From positions 62,001 to 126,000 of the forward strand of contig OZ287080.1 of NCBI GenBank assembly GCA_965645245.1: a stretch of 64,000 bases of DNA. Direction: 5' to 3'. The translations under genes and the position numbers were made by a program. Origin of the DNA: Massalongia carnosa. Lineage: Eukaryota. Below the pieces are notes generated by a model. That model had not been told where the DNA came from, did not search any database, and saw only the letters and a list, made by a program, of their open reading frames with translations. This document shows positions 1 to 10,349 of this stretch, in pieces; positions within the stretch are counted from its first letter, which is position 1; every line of letters begins with the position of its first letter.

Positions 1-1
1 C

Positions 2-3000
2 CTTGAGCTGTTCCGTGAGAGCGAGGCCAATCAGGTGCGTCTCCTAGGCAAGAACGTTCTAAAGGACCTTCGGCGAGACTACAGCATACGGCATGCGGTT
101 ATCGCGACGTGGCAGATCTCGTTCACTCAGATCCAGAAGACGGAGCAGCCAGCTGCAGATTTGCTTGCATTGATGAGCATGTTCGATAGGCAGGGAATTC
201 CAATAGCCCTTCTGCGGAACAGCACCAGTCGACTCGACTTTGACGACGCTCTGGCGCCGTTGCTAAGCTTCTCCCTTGTGCGGGCCGAGATCGGAAAGCA
301 GTCATTTGAGATGCACCGTCTAGTGCAGCTATCCATGAGAAAGTGGCTCGAGGCGGCCAAGCAGCTAAGCAAATGGACAAAGGAGTCGATAAGAGTTCTA
401 GCCGCAGCATTCCCCAACGGAGACTATAAGACGTGGGCGGATTGTCAAGTACTCCTTCCCCACGCAAGAGAAGCTATTGGCCATGGAACAGAAGATGAGG
501 TGGACGTGACAAATCAGGCACAGGTTGCTTCAAACTTAGGATGGTACTTACTCCTTAGAGGTGAGTACAGAACGGCGGAGAAAGTTGTTCGAATGTCAGT
601 CGAAGCAAGAGAGAGGGTACTTGGGCCAGAGCACCCAGACACGCTCACCAGTGTCAGCCATCTTGGGTGGTTGTTTGAGAGCCAGGGCAAGTACGAAGAG
701 GCGGAAGCGATGCACCGGCGAGCGTTGGAAGGAAGGGAGAAGGTACTTGGGCCAGAGCACCCAGACACGCTCACCAGTGTCAGCCAGCTTGGGTCGTTGT
801 TTGAGAGCCAGGGCAAGTACGAAGAGGCGGAAGCGATGCACCGGCGAGCATTGGAAGGAAGGGAGAAGGTACTTGGGCCAGAGCACCCAGACACGCTCAC
901 CAGTGTCAGCCAGCTTGGGTCGTTGTTTGAGAGCCAGGGCAAGTACGAAGAGACGGAAGCGATGCACCGGCGAGCATTGGAAGGATACGAGAAGGTACTT
1001 GGGCCAGAGCACCCAGACACGCTCACCAGTGTCAGCCAGCTTGGGTCGGTGTTGTCGAGCCAGGGCAAGTACGAAGAGGCGGAAGCGATGCACCGGCGAG
1101 CATTGGAAGGATTGGAGAAGGTACTTGGGCCAGAGCACCCAGACACGCTCACCAGTGTCAGCCAGCTTGGGTCGTTGTTTGAGAGCCAGGGCAAGTACGA
1201 AGAGGCGGAAGCGATGCACCGGCGAGCGTTGGAAGGAAGGGAGAAGGTACTTGGGCCAGAGCACCCAGACACGCTCACCAGTGTCAGCCAGCTTGGGTCG
1301 TTGTTCGAGAGCCAGGGCAAGTACGAAGAGACGGAAGCGATGCACCGGCGAGCATTGGAAGGAAGGGAGAAGGTACTTGGGCCAGAGCACCCAGACACGC
1401 TCACCAGTGTCAGCCAGCTTGGGTCGTTGTTTGAGAGCCAGGGCAAGTACGAAGAGACGGAAGCGATGCACCGGCGAGCATTGGAAGGATACGAGAAGGT
1501 ACTTGGGCCAGAGCACCCAGACACGCTCACCAGTGTCAGCCAGCTTGGGTCGGTGTTGTCGAGCCAGGGCAAGTACGAAGAGGCGGAAGCGATGCACCGG
1601 CGAGCATTGGAAGGATTGGAGAAGGTACTTGGGCCAGAGCACCCAGACACGCTCACCAGTGTCAGCCACCTTGGGTCGGTGTTGTCGAGCCGGGGCAAGT
1701 ACGAAGAGGCGGAAGCGATGCACCGGCGAGCATTGGAAGGATACGAGAAGGTACTTAGGCCAGAGCACCCACACACGCTCACCAGTGTCAGCCACCTTGG
1801 GTCGGCGTTGTCGAGGCAGGGCAAGTACGAAGAGGCGGAAGCGATGCACCGACTAGATTTGAAAGGATCTGAGAAGGTACTTGGACCAGAGCACCCAGAC
1901 ACGCTCACCAGTGTCAGCCAGCTTGGGTCGGTGTTGTCGAGCCAGGGCAAGTACGAAGAGGCGGAAGCGATGCACCGGCGAGCATTGGAAGGATACGAGA
2001 AGGTACTTGGGCCAGAGCACCCACACACGCTCACCAGTGTCAGCCAGCTTGGGTCGGTGTTGTCGAGGCAGGGCAAGTACGAAGAGGCGGAAGCGATGGA
2101 GCGGCAAGCATTGGAAGGATTGGAGAAGGTACTTGGGCCAGAGCACCCAGACACGCTCACCAGTGTCAGCCAGCTTGGGTCGGTGTTGTCGAGCCAGGGC
2201 AAGTACGAAGAGGCGGAAGCGATGCACCGGCGAGCATTGGAAGGATTGGAGAAGGTACTTGGGCCAGAGCACCCAGACACGCTCACCAGTGTCAGCCAGC
2301 TTGGGTCGTTGTTTGAGAGCCAGGGCAAGTACGAAGAGGCGGAAGCGATGCACCGGCGAGCGTTGGAAGGAAGGGAGAAGGTACTTGGGCCAGAGCACCC
2401 AGACACGCTCACCAGTGTCAGCCACCTTGGGTCGGTGTTGTCGAGGCAGGGCAAGTACGAAGAGGCGGAAGCGATGCACCGGCGAGCATTGGAAGGATAC
2501 GAGAAGGTACTTGGGCCAGAGCACCCACACACGCTCACCAGTGTCAGCCACCTTGGGTCGGTGTTGTCGAGCCAGGGCAAGTACGAAGAGGCGGAAGCGA
2601 TGCACCGGCGAGCATTGGAAGGATACGAGAAGGTGCTTGGGCCAGAGCACCCAGACACGCTTACCAGTGTCAGCCAGCTTGGGTCGGTGTTGTCGAGGCA
2701 GGGCAAGTACGAAGAGGCGGAAGCGATGCACCGGCGAGCATTGGAAGGATACGAGAAGGTACTTGGGCCAGAGCACCCACACACGCTCACCAGTGTCAGC
2801 CAGCTTGGGTCGTTGTTTGAGAGCCAGGGCAAGTACGAAGAGGCGGAAGCGATGCACCGGCGAGCATTGGAAGGATACGAGAAGGTACTTGGGCCAGAGC
2901 ACCCAGACACGCTCACCAGTGTCAGCCAGCTTGGGTCGGTGTTGTCGAGCCAGGGCAAGTACGAAGAGGCGGAAGCGATGCACCGGCGAGCATTGGAAGG

Positions 3001-5131
3001 ATACGAGAAGGTACTTGGGCCAGAGCACCCACACACGCTCACCAGTGTCAGCCACCTTGGGTCGGTGTTGTCGAGGCAGGGCAAGTACGAAGAGGCGGAA
3101 GCGATGCACCGGCGAGCATTGGAAGGATACGAGAAGGTACTTGGGCCAGAGCACCCACACACGCTCACCAGTGTCAGCCACCTTGGGTCGGTGTTGTCGA
3201 GCCAGGGCAAGTACGAAGAGGCGGAAGCGATGCACCGGCGAGCATTGGAAGGATTGGAGAAGGTACTTGGGCCAGAGCACCCAGACACGCTCACCAGTGT
3301 CAGCCACCTTGGGTCGGTGTTGTCGAGCCAGGGCAAGTACGAAGAGGCGGAAGCGATGCACCGGCGAGCATTGGAAGGATACGAGAAGGTACTTAGGCCA
3401 GAGCACCCACACACGCTCACCAGTGTCAGCCACCTTGGGTCGGCGTTGTCGAGCCAGGGCAAGTACGAAGAGGCGGAAGCGATGCACCGACGAGATTTGA
3501 AAGGATCTGAGAAGGTACTTGGACCAGAGCACCCAGACACGCTCACCAGTGTCAGCCAGCTTGGGTCGGTGTTGTCGAGCCAGGGCAAGTACGAAGAGGC
3601 GGAAGCGATGCACCGGCGAGCATTGGAAGGATACGAGAAGGTACTTGGGCCAGAGCACCCACACACGCTCACCAGTGTCAGCCAGCTTGGGTCGTTGTTT
3701 GAGAGCCAGGGCAAGTACGAAGAGGCGGAAGCGATGCACCGGCGAGCATTGGAAGGATACGAGAAGGTACTTGGGCCAGAGCACCCAGACACGCTCACCA
3801 GTGTCAGCCAGCTTGGGTCGGTGTTGTCGAGCCAGGGCAAGTACGAAGAGGCGGAAGCGATGCACCGGCGAGCATTGGAAGGATACGAGAAGGTACTTAG
3901 GCCAGAGCACCCACACACGCTCACCAGTGTCAGCCACCTTGGGTCGGTGTTGTCGAGGCAGGGCAAGTACGAAGAGGCGGAAGCGATGCACCGGCGAGCA
4001 TTGGAAGGATACGAGAAGGTACTTGGGCCAGAGCACCCACACACGCTCACCAGTGTCAGCCACCTTGGGTCGGTGTTGTCGAGCCAGGGCAAGTACGAAG
4101 AGGCGGAAGCGATGCACCGGCGAGCATTGGAAGGATACGAGAAGGTACTTGGGCCAGAGCACCCACACACGCTCACCAGTGTCAGCCAGCTTGGGTCGTT
4201 GTTTGAGAGCCAGGGCAAGTACGAAGAGGCGGAAGCGATGCACCGGCGAGCATTGGAAGGATACGAGAAGGTACTTGGGCCAGAGCACCCAGACACGCTT
4301 ACCAGTGTCAGCCAGCTTGGGTCGGTGTTGTCGAGGCAGGGCAAGTACGAAGAGGCGGAAGCGATGCACCGGCGAGCATTGGAAGGATACGAGAAGGTAC
4401 TTGGGCCAGAGCACCCACACACGCTCACCAGTGTCAGCCAGCTTGGGTCGTTGTTTGAGAGCCAGGGCAAGTACGAAGAGGCGGAAGCGATGCACCGGCG
4501 AGCATTGGAAGGATACGAGAAGGTACTTGGGCCAGAGCACCCAGACACGCTCACCAGTGTCAGCCAGCTTGGGTCGGTGTTGTCGAGCCAGGGCAAGTAC
4601 GAAGAGGCGGAAGCGATGCACCGGCGAGCATTGGAAGGATACGAGAAGGTACTTGGGCCAGAGCACCCACACACGCTCACCAGTGTCAGCCACCTTGGGT
4701 CGGTGTTGTCGAGCCAGGGCAAGTACGAAGAGGCGGAAGCGATGCACCGGCGAGCATTGGAAGGATTGGAGAAGGTACTTGGGCCAGAGCACCCAGACAC
4801 GCTCACCAGTGTCAGCCACCTTGGGTCGGTGTTGTCGAGCCAGGGCAAGTACGAAGAGGCGGAAGCGATGCACCGGCGAGCATTGGAAGGATACGAGAAG
4901 GTACTTGGGCCAGAGCACCCACACACGCTCACCAGTGTCAGCCAGCTTGGGTCGGTGTTGTCGAGCCAGGGCAAGTACGAAGAGGCGGAAGCGATGCACC
5001 GACGAGATTCGAAAGCATCTGAGAAGGTACTTGGGCCAGAGCACCCAGACACGCTCACCAGTGTCAGCCAGCTTGGGTCGGTGTTGTCGAGCCAGGGCAA
5101 GTACGAAGAGGCGGAAGCGATGCACCGGTGA
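2..5131 (+). CDS. Fungal NLR-like protein (NB-ARC/winged-helix end plus TPR superstructure), 5' part outside the window
   Basis: The frame is open from base 2 (LELFRESEANQVRLL...), so the track start at GTG 35 is not the real start. The motifs TWQISF..I, A.LL..MS.FDRQGIP, L.SFSLV, MHRLVQ and LLPHA are typical of the post-NB-ARC region of fungal NLRs. They are followed by 42-aa kinesin-light-chain-like TPRs (VLGPEHPDTLTSVSxLG...QGKYEEAEAMHRRALEG.EK). Confidence 0.92.
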   Translation, partial: LELFRESEANQVRLLGKNVLKDLRRDYSIRHAVIATWQISFTQIQKTEQPAADLLALMSMFDRQGIPIALLRNSTSRLDFDDALAPLLSFSLVRAEIGKQSFEMHRLVQLSMRKWLEAAKQLSKWTKESIRVLAAAFPNGDYKTWADCQVLLPHAREAIGHGTEDEVDVTNQAQVASNLGWYLLLRGEYRTAEKVVRMSVEARERVLGPEHPDTLTSVSHLGWLFESQGKYEEAEAMHRRALEGREKVLGPEHPDTLTSVSQLGSLFESQGKYEEAEAMHRRALEGREKVLGPEHPDTLTSVSQLGSLFESQGKYEETEAMHRRALEGYEKVLGPEHPDTLTSVSQLGSVLSSQGKYEEAEAMHRRALEGLEKVLGPEHPDTLTSVSQLGSLFESQGKYEEAEAMHRRALEGREKVLGPEHPDTLTSVSQLGSLFESQGKYEETEAMHRRALEGREKVLGPEHPDTLTSVSQLGSLFESQGKYEETEAMHRRALEGYEKVLGPEHPDTLTSVSQLGSVLSSQGKYEEAEAMHRRALEGLEKVLGPEHPDTLTSVSHLGSVLSSRGKYEEAEAMHRRALEGYEKVLRPEHPHTLTSVSHLGSALSRQGKYEEAEAMHRLDLKGSEKVLGPEHPDTLTSVSQLGSVLSSQGKYEEAEAMHRRALEGYEKVLGPEHPHTLTSVSQLGSVLSRQGKYEEAEAMERQALEGLEKVLGPEHPDTLTSVSQLGSVLSSQGKYEEAEAMHRRALEGLEKVLGPEHPDTLTSVSQLGSLFESQGKYEEAEAMHRRALEGREKVLGPEHPDTLTSVSHLGSVLSRQGKYEEAEAMHRRALEGYEKVLGPEHPHTLTSVSHLGSVLSSQGKYEEAEAMHRRALEGYEKVLGPEHPDTLTSVSQLGSVLSRQGKYEEAEAMHRRALEGYEKVLGPEHPHTLTSVSQLGSLFESQGKYEEAEAMHRRALEGYEKVLGPEHPDTLTSVSQLGSVLSSQGKYEEAEAMHRRALEGYEKVLGPEHPHTLTSVSHLGSVLSRQGKYEEAEAMHRRALEGYEKVLGPEHPHTLTSVSHLGSVLSSQGKYEEAEAMHRRALEGLEKVLGPEHPDTLTSVSHLGSVLSSQGKYEEAEAMHRRALEGYEKVLRPEHPHTLTSVSHLGSALSSQGKYEEAEAMHRRDLKGSEKVLGPEHPDTLTSVSQLGSVLSSQGKYEEAEAMHRRALEGYEKVLGPEHPHTLTSVSQLGSLFESQGKYEEAEAMHRRALEGYEKVLGPEHPDTLTSVSQLGSVLSSQGKYEEAEAMHRRALEGYEKVLRPEHPHTLTSVSHLGSVLSRQGKYEEAEAMHRRALEGYEKVLGPEHPHTLTSVSHLGSVLSSQGKYEEAEAMHRRALEGYEKVLGPEHPHTLTSVSQLGSLFESQGKYEEAEAMHRRALEGYEKVLGPEHPDTLTSVSQLGSVLSRQGKYEEAEAMHRRALEGYEKVLGPEHPHTLTSVSQLGSLFESQGKYEEAEAMHRRALEGYEKVLGPEHPDTLTSVSQLGSVLSSQGKYEEAEAMHRRALEGYEKVLGPEHPHTLTSVSHLGSVLSSQGKYEEAEAMHRRALEGLEKVLGPEHPDTLTSVSHLGSVLSSQGKYEEAEAMHRRALEGYEKVLGPEHPHTLTSVSQLGSVLSSQGKYEEAEAMHRRDSKASEKVLGPEHPDTLTSVSQLGSVLSSQGKYEEAEAMHR

Positions 5132-5152
5132 GCATTGGAAGGAAGGGAGAAG
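617..5152 (+). repeat. 36 x 126-bp tandem TPR-coding repeat
   Basis: The anchor GTACTT recurs at 617, 743, ... and the array ends at GTAC 5153; (5153-617)/126 = 36. Units differ at only a few codons. Confidence 0.95.
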
Positions 5153-5662
5153 GTACTCAATTTTGCGATGAATATATTCAACTCTATTATTCGTCTTCAT
5201 GGACTTTGCCCATATCTCAATGAGATAGTTATATTAGGTTAATATATTCTTTATAAAAAAACACTAATTAATCGTGCTATACCATGTCCAAAACTCAATT
5301 TTTGCAATAAATCTTACTTGTTGTTTGAAACAATCAAGGACCTTGTTGAGGAAGATCAGATAAACGTTTGATTGCTAAAGATGGGCAGCGCGTATAATCT
5401 CTTTCTCAAGTTTATATTATAAGGGGGCAATTCGGGTGGTAATAAATGATATATCGACACCCTCACATAGTTCCTTGAGCTGCCTAGTTAAAGGGCACTT
5501 AGGTATTTAGAGAATAGGTGTTCTTTTTCTTCCATTTTTTCCTATGCCTTGGGGTCATCCGGATTTTATTAAAACCCCCATCCTATTATCTTAGGGGTAC
5601 GGATATTTGCACACCTCTCCGGCTTCTTATATACCCCTCTCCGGATAGATCAACACCCTAGG

Positions 5663-5914
5663 CCGGCACGCGGTGCGAGAAATAGTTGACACACCAAAAA
5701 TATAAATTAATTATGATAGGCTACATCGTTAAGTAATACATTTCAAAAAAGTTAAGGTGAATTTGATCGCATAACTCTATTACTATATCAAGTCTGTTTT
5801 ACTCGTTCATCTGTTGTTGATTTTCTATATTATATTGAAGCTTTGATAGTTCTGTAGTTTTATGCGTACTGATGAGTTTTGGTGTGTCAACTTTTTTTCG
5901 CACCGCGTGGCCGG
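5663..5914. mobile_element. Small MITE-like element with about 37-bp imperfect terminal inverted repeats
   Basis: CCGGCACGCGGTGCGAGAAATAGTTGACACACCAAAA at 5663 is the near reverse complement of TTTTGGTGTGTCAACTTTTTTTCGCACCGCGTGGCCGG ending at 5914. The interior is AT-rich and non-coding; no TSD is evident. Confidence 0.5.
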
Positions 5915-6570
5915 ATACACTAATACCCCTCGTTAGGGCATATGGCTCTGCACCTCTTGTTTTGTACCTAAGCATGACATTTAGTTCGATTAATAAGCTG
6001 ATCAAGCGCATTCCAAAGCTGTCGATGTTTTGAAATTCGGACGATTAATCGTCGGCTCGCTTAGCGGGATCCGACTCGGAGGCCGTCGCCTCCTAGTCGG
6101 GGAAAGCGATTTGCATCCGGAATGCGATTAGCATCCATTCAAACTGCAATTTTGACTATTTTTCACCTTTTACCCTCAACAACATTGATCAATCATTACT
6201 TAATATCGTAAAAAGCTTGAAAGCATCGTCGTCGTCATCGTTGTCATCAAAATTATCCCCCCCCCTCAATTTCCGATCCTTTATTATCGCATTTGCAACT
6301 TTCGAAAAGACGTTTTCAACCTCCCTTCGTACCATGGAAAATAATGCCTCAATCTTGGTTTCCACTCTCAGCCCCATGGAAAGATTGGAAGAAGCGAAGC
6401 AATTTCTGATTGATCATCCCGAAGAAAGCAAGGCTGCTGCGTCAAAAATCTACAATGTCAACGTTAAAACGTTGACGTCTTTTGTTCGTCGTCATCCGAA
6501 AGAAGGAAAGAAAAAAGAAGGGAAAAAAAAGGGGGGAGAAAATTAGATACTGAAAGAGCATGAAGCTAGG

Positions 6571-6774
6571 TGTAAAGGTAATCATCATAATAAGGGTGTG
6601 TAAAAGGATGTCCATTGAGATGTGCTAGCAAGCTCGTCTATATACAGCTAATCTAGACTAGTCCCAATCTGGACCTGCTCCTATCATGGAAGGACCAAAG
6701 AGTTAAGCCGGGCTTATCACGGAGATAAGCAAGTGTTAGAGTACGAAAGCATGCTATATTATATTATCGTGACA
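6571..6774 (-). repeat. LTR (3' LTR in element orientation)
   Basis: TGTAAAGG...CGTGACA, a direct repeat of 10648-10851. Confidence 0.9.
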
Positions 6775-7032
6775 ACTTCCCCCGAGCAAATAAAGCTGCT
6801 ACGACCCCGTAGCAATATTATTACTTACTAACTCTGCCATCTTTCCTGGGTCTTCCACGACCCCTCTTTACCGGCATGACTGCTTTTGTAGCGGGTACCA
6901 TAGCTCCCGTAGTAGGTGTTAGTGAGGCGGATTGTGGAGTAGGTGTGACCTTTGTAGGACCAATCGTGGACGTTTCAGCGGGAGCCACCTTTGACATTTG
7001 TACTGCCTCACCAGCTCGTGCTGTGATAGCAG

Positions 7033-7836
7033 GTGTATCCAAGGTCAAACTACCGCAATCAAAGAGGAGGAAACAAACAAAATCAAGGTGGCTATAGGAG
7101 GGCGTATCAGGCTTCAGTTGAAGACGACGAAGATCTGCAGGAGAGCCCCGGAACATCCTCAGTCGAGCCAGAGGACATGCCGGTAAATTTCGCTGGGTAT
7201 GATGAGCATGGGAACGAGATGTTCTATGCAGAGCAGGATGCACCAGAGGAATCCGAGGACTTCGCTTGGTTTGTCGGCATAGACTCTTCCTGCACCAACT
7301 GTCAGGAATCCTTTCCATCGAAGAACAAACTACACAAACACCTACGGTCTGGATGTTCCAGGACATCGCCTGCCTCAAAAACCTTGAAAAAATTTGCAAA
7401 TTTCACTTCTAACAAGCTGTCAGTTGACAAAGAGAATGAACACGGATCGAACGCCTATGCTACTTCCGTAGTAGACACCACTACCACTACTCCTATCATA
7501 ATCACATCCAAGGCTTCTACAGAAAACCTCGGTTTTGGACTAGGCTTTCGTAACTGGAACTTCATCGAGGGAGCGGTAAAGTTTACCCCGGAAGGTCCAT
7601 CCACCGATTGCTGTCTGGACACTGGTTGTGGTTCCACTTTAGGAGATCGAGAGTGGATTAGCAGAGACATTCCTAACGCTAAGGTTCATCTTATGGCAAA
7701 TCCGCTACGAGTTCGAGGTATTGGTTCCAATACGCATGAAACAAGGAGTACATTTTGGTTCCATTCTACATGCCGGCCTCAAAGGCGTCCGATGGAACGT
7801 CGGTTCTGGCCTGTATCACCCGTGAAATCCACATAG
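7033..7836 (+). pseudogene. Gag C-terminus with C2H2-like finger, plus aspartic protease N-half (inverted block)
   Basis: CTNCQESFPSKNKLHKHLRSGC (C2H2 pattern) and CCLDTGC (protease active site). An apparent 1-nt deletion near 7745 shifts it out of frame with 7755..10349. Confidence 0.75.
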
Positions 7837-10349
7837 TGGATGGTCTCAAGGCCAATATGCTGATCGGAAACGACGTACTTGGACCAGAAGAATTTGTTAT
7901 TGATATAAACAAGAAAAAGGCTTACATCGGTAGCTGTGATGTAAACATCAGCCTTCAGGTCAGACCTCGTGGAACTTTCATCAGAAAGACCGTTCGCATA
8001 AGGTCCGCTGTTACCGTCACCCCAGGTGCTGAGTTAAAAGTCCCTGTTAACATGATCTTACCAGCAGACAGAGACTTTCTTTTTAAACCTACCGATAAAG
8101 CAAATGTAACTTTGTACTATCACCTCGTAGATGCACTTACTGCAGAAATCGTAGTCCGAAACGACTCGCCTATACCAGTGGAACTTCCAAGAAAATTCCG
8201 CCTCGGACAGGTCTCCGAGGTCCACTATAACGAATGTTTTCACATAGCTGACAAAGACCTTGCCACCAAACCACCAAAGGCAAGTTGGTTCAAAAAAGCA
8301 TTTAAAGCAGCAGCATTTCTGACTGCTGTTACTATGGATCTACCTACTCCAAGTCTTTCATCATTTCCCCCAGAAAATTCCATTAAGGTAGCTACCACAG
8401 CATCTTGCAACAAGTATGAGACCAAGCTAGCCAACGGTGTCATGACCTATGGCGACACGATAGCCACCAGGGCCTATTCAGACCTGGTAGACGAGTTTCC
8501 CTCACTATGGAAGGACGAAGGCTTCATTGATGTTCCTATGAACCAGTGGATGAAGCTACCCCTTCGCGAGGATTGGCAGTCGAAGGTCTCTGGAAAATCC
8601 AAGGTCTATCCCCTGGGAATAGAAGACAGGGAAATAGTAGATAAAACCTTTGACGAAATGCATCGACAAGGACGATTAATATGGACCAATACGCATACTC
8701 CATTCAGCTACCCTGTTTTTGTCGTTTGGAAGAAAATCGGTGACGTCCGGAAAGGCCGTGCCGTCGTAGACATCAGAGGCCTGAATGATCTTCTGGTTCC
8801 TGATGCCTACCCGGTCCATCTACAAAGTGATGTCATAGCAGACCTTCGTGGATGTACTCACATTTCTGTCCTAGACGCGAATTCTTTCTTCTATCAATGG
8901 CGCGTTCATCCGGAAGACACATATAAGCAAACAATAGTCACTCACCGAGGCCAGGAGACCTTTTTGGTACCAGTGATGGGCAATCGCAACTCCATTGCTT
9001 ATGTTCAAAGACAAATGGACACCATTCTTCGGGACTTCCGTGACTTTGTCAAAGCTTACATAGATGACGTGGTAGTAAGATCAACGTCCCTAGATGAGCA
9101 TTTAATGCATCTTCGGAAAATCTTCTCCTTATTCGTGAAGCTTGGAATATCCATCAAGCCCACCAAGGCTTTTTTAGGCTATTCAGACGTTGATCTTCTC
9201 GGGCAGAGGGTAAACTCCCTCGGCATGTCCACCTCCGAGGAGAAACTTCGCGCCATATCTCTGTTGAAGTTCCCCAAGGCGCTGATAGACTTAGAACATT
9301 ACCTCGGTCTTACCGGCTATCTACGTTCTTTCATCTACTACTATGCAGGCATAGCCCGCCCTCTACAAGACCTAAAAACGCGCCTTCTAAGGGCATCTCC
9401 GAAAGGAGGTCAACAACGACGAAATTATACGTCTCGTACTAAGATAATCCCTACCGAAAAAGAGACTTCAGCGTTTATAACCCTTCAGAAGCTGCTTAGC
9501 AAACCCTCCATCCTCATTCATTTTAGTCCACACCGCATTCTCTGGATAGACCTAGACGCCTCCAAAGATTTTGGGTATGGTGTTATAGTCTTCCATGTCA
9601 AAGTCGGTGTTATAGTACCAATCGGAAAATGGCCTTCAAGAAATCAAATAGAACCCATCATGTTCCTTAGCCGTCTCCTTACGGCGGCTGAAAAGAACTA
9701 CTGGCCTACTGAACTAGAGATGGCAGGTCTAGTATGGACCATCAAAAAAGTCAGACATCTTGTCCAATCATCGGAGCATCCAACGATCGTTCAGACAGAT
9801 CACTCCGCTATAATCGAAATCAGTAAGCAAAAGCTAATAACGGCCACTACATCGACCATGAGAATGAACGTCCGATTGATCAGAGCTTCTCAGTTTCTGA
9901 GTCAATTCCGACTCGACATCAGGCATAAACCAGGCAAAGAGCACATCATTCCTGATGCTCTTTCCCGACTAGCCAGCGCCAACGTGAGGCCTATCTTAGC
10001 CGATGATCACTCGGAGTTGGATGTCTTATACGTCTACAACACTACGGTCGTAGAAATGAGCAATGACTTCAGAAAACGTCTCATCGCCGGTTATTCTACA
10101 GATAAATTATGGATCAATATAATCCAAATAATAGACACTAACGATAAACTCGACGAGGGCGCCGCTAAAATTCCTTTTGCCCGGGGAAACACTATGGAAA
10201 TTCCAGTCAATCCAGCTGAGATGAACTCAACTGAAAAATCAACTCAGGAAATTTTGCCAATTGGCAAAACAGACAAGGATCTCATCTATCACATAGATAG
10301 ATTCGATCGGAGGGCAAGGCCTGATGATGATTCCTCCGGAATTCTGTAG
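7755..10349 (+). CDS. Gypsy pol fragment: protease C-half, reverse transcriptase and RNase H; integrase missing
   Basis: RT motifs RAVVDIRGLN, LDANSFFYQ and AYIDDVVV; RNase H motifs DLDASKDFGYG, ELEMAGL, QTDH and HIIPDALSR. The last about 14 codons come from the inversion junction. Confidence 0.85.
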   Translation: MVPFYMPASKASDGTSVLACITREIHIVDGLKANMLIGNDVLGPEEFVIDINKKKAYIGSCDVNISLQVRPRGTFIRKTVRIRSAVTVTPGAELKVPVNMILPADRDFLFKPTDKANVTLYYHLVDALTAEIVVRNDSPIPVELPRKFRLGQVSEVHYNECFHIADKDLATKPPKASWFKKAFKAAAFLTAVTMDLPTPSLSSFPPENSIKVATTASCNKYETKLANGVMTYGDTIATRAYSDLVDEFPSLWKDEGFIDVPMNQWMKLPLREDWQSKVSGKSKVYPLGIEDREIVDKTFDEMHRQGRLIWTNTHTPFSYPVFVVWKKIGDVRKGRAVVDIRGLNDLLVPDAYPVHLQSDVIADLRGCTHISVLDANSFFYQWRVHPEDTYKQTIVTHRGQETFLVPVMGNRNSIAYVQRQMDTILRDFRDFVKAYIDDVVVRSTSLDEHLMHLRKIFSLFVKLGISIKPTKAFLGYSDVDLLGQRVNSLGMSTSEEKLRAISLLKFPKALIDLEHYLGLTGYLRSFIYYYAGIARPLQDLKTRLLRASPKGGQQRRNYTSRTKIIPTEKETSAFITLQKLLSKPSILIHFSPHRILWIDLDASKDFGYGVIVFHVKVGVIVPIGKWPSRNQIEPIMFLSRLLTAAEKNYWPTELEMAGLVWTIKKVRHLVQSSEHPTIVQTDHSAIIEISKQKLITATTSTMRMNVRLIRASQFLSQFRLDIRHKPGKEHIIPDALSRLASANVRPILADDHSELDVLYVYNTTVVEMSNDFRKRLIAGYSTDKLWINIIQIIDTNDKLDEGAAKIPFARGNTMEIPVNPAEMNSTEKSTQEILPIGKTDKDLIYHIDRFDRRARPDDDSSGIL

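Noticed and set aside
617..5152. CRISPR-like array or diversity-generating retroelement target
   Set aside because: The units are contiguous coding repeats with no unique spacers. The nearby RTs are ordinary gypsy/copia types and no template repeat with adenine-specific variation is seen.
514..5200. Very long antisense and alternative-frame ORFs over the TPR array
   Set aside because: A 126-bp unit lacking a stop in a given frame stays open when repeated. The products resemble no domain, so these are shadow ORFs.
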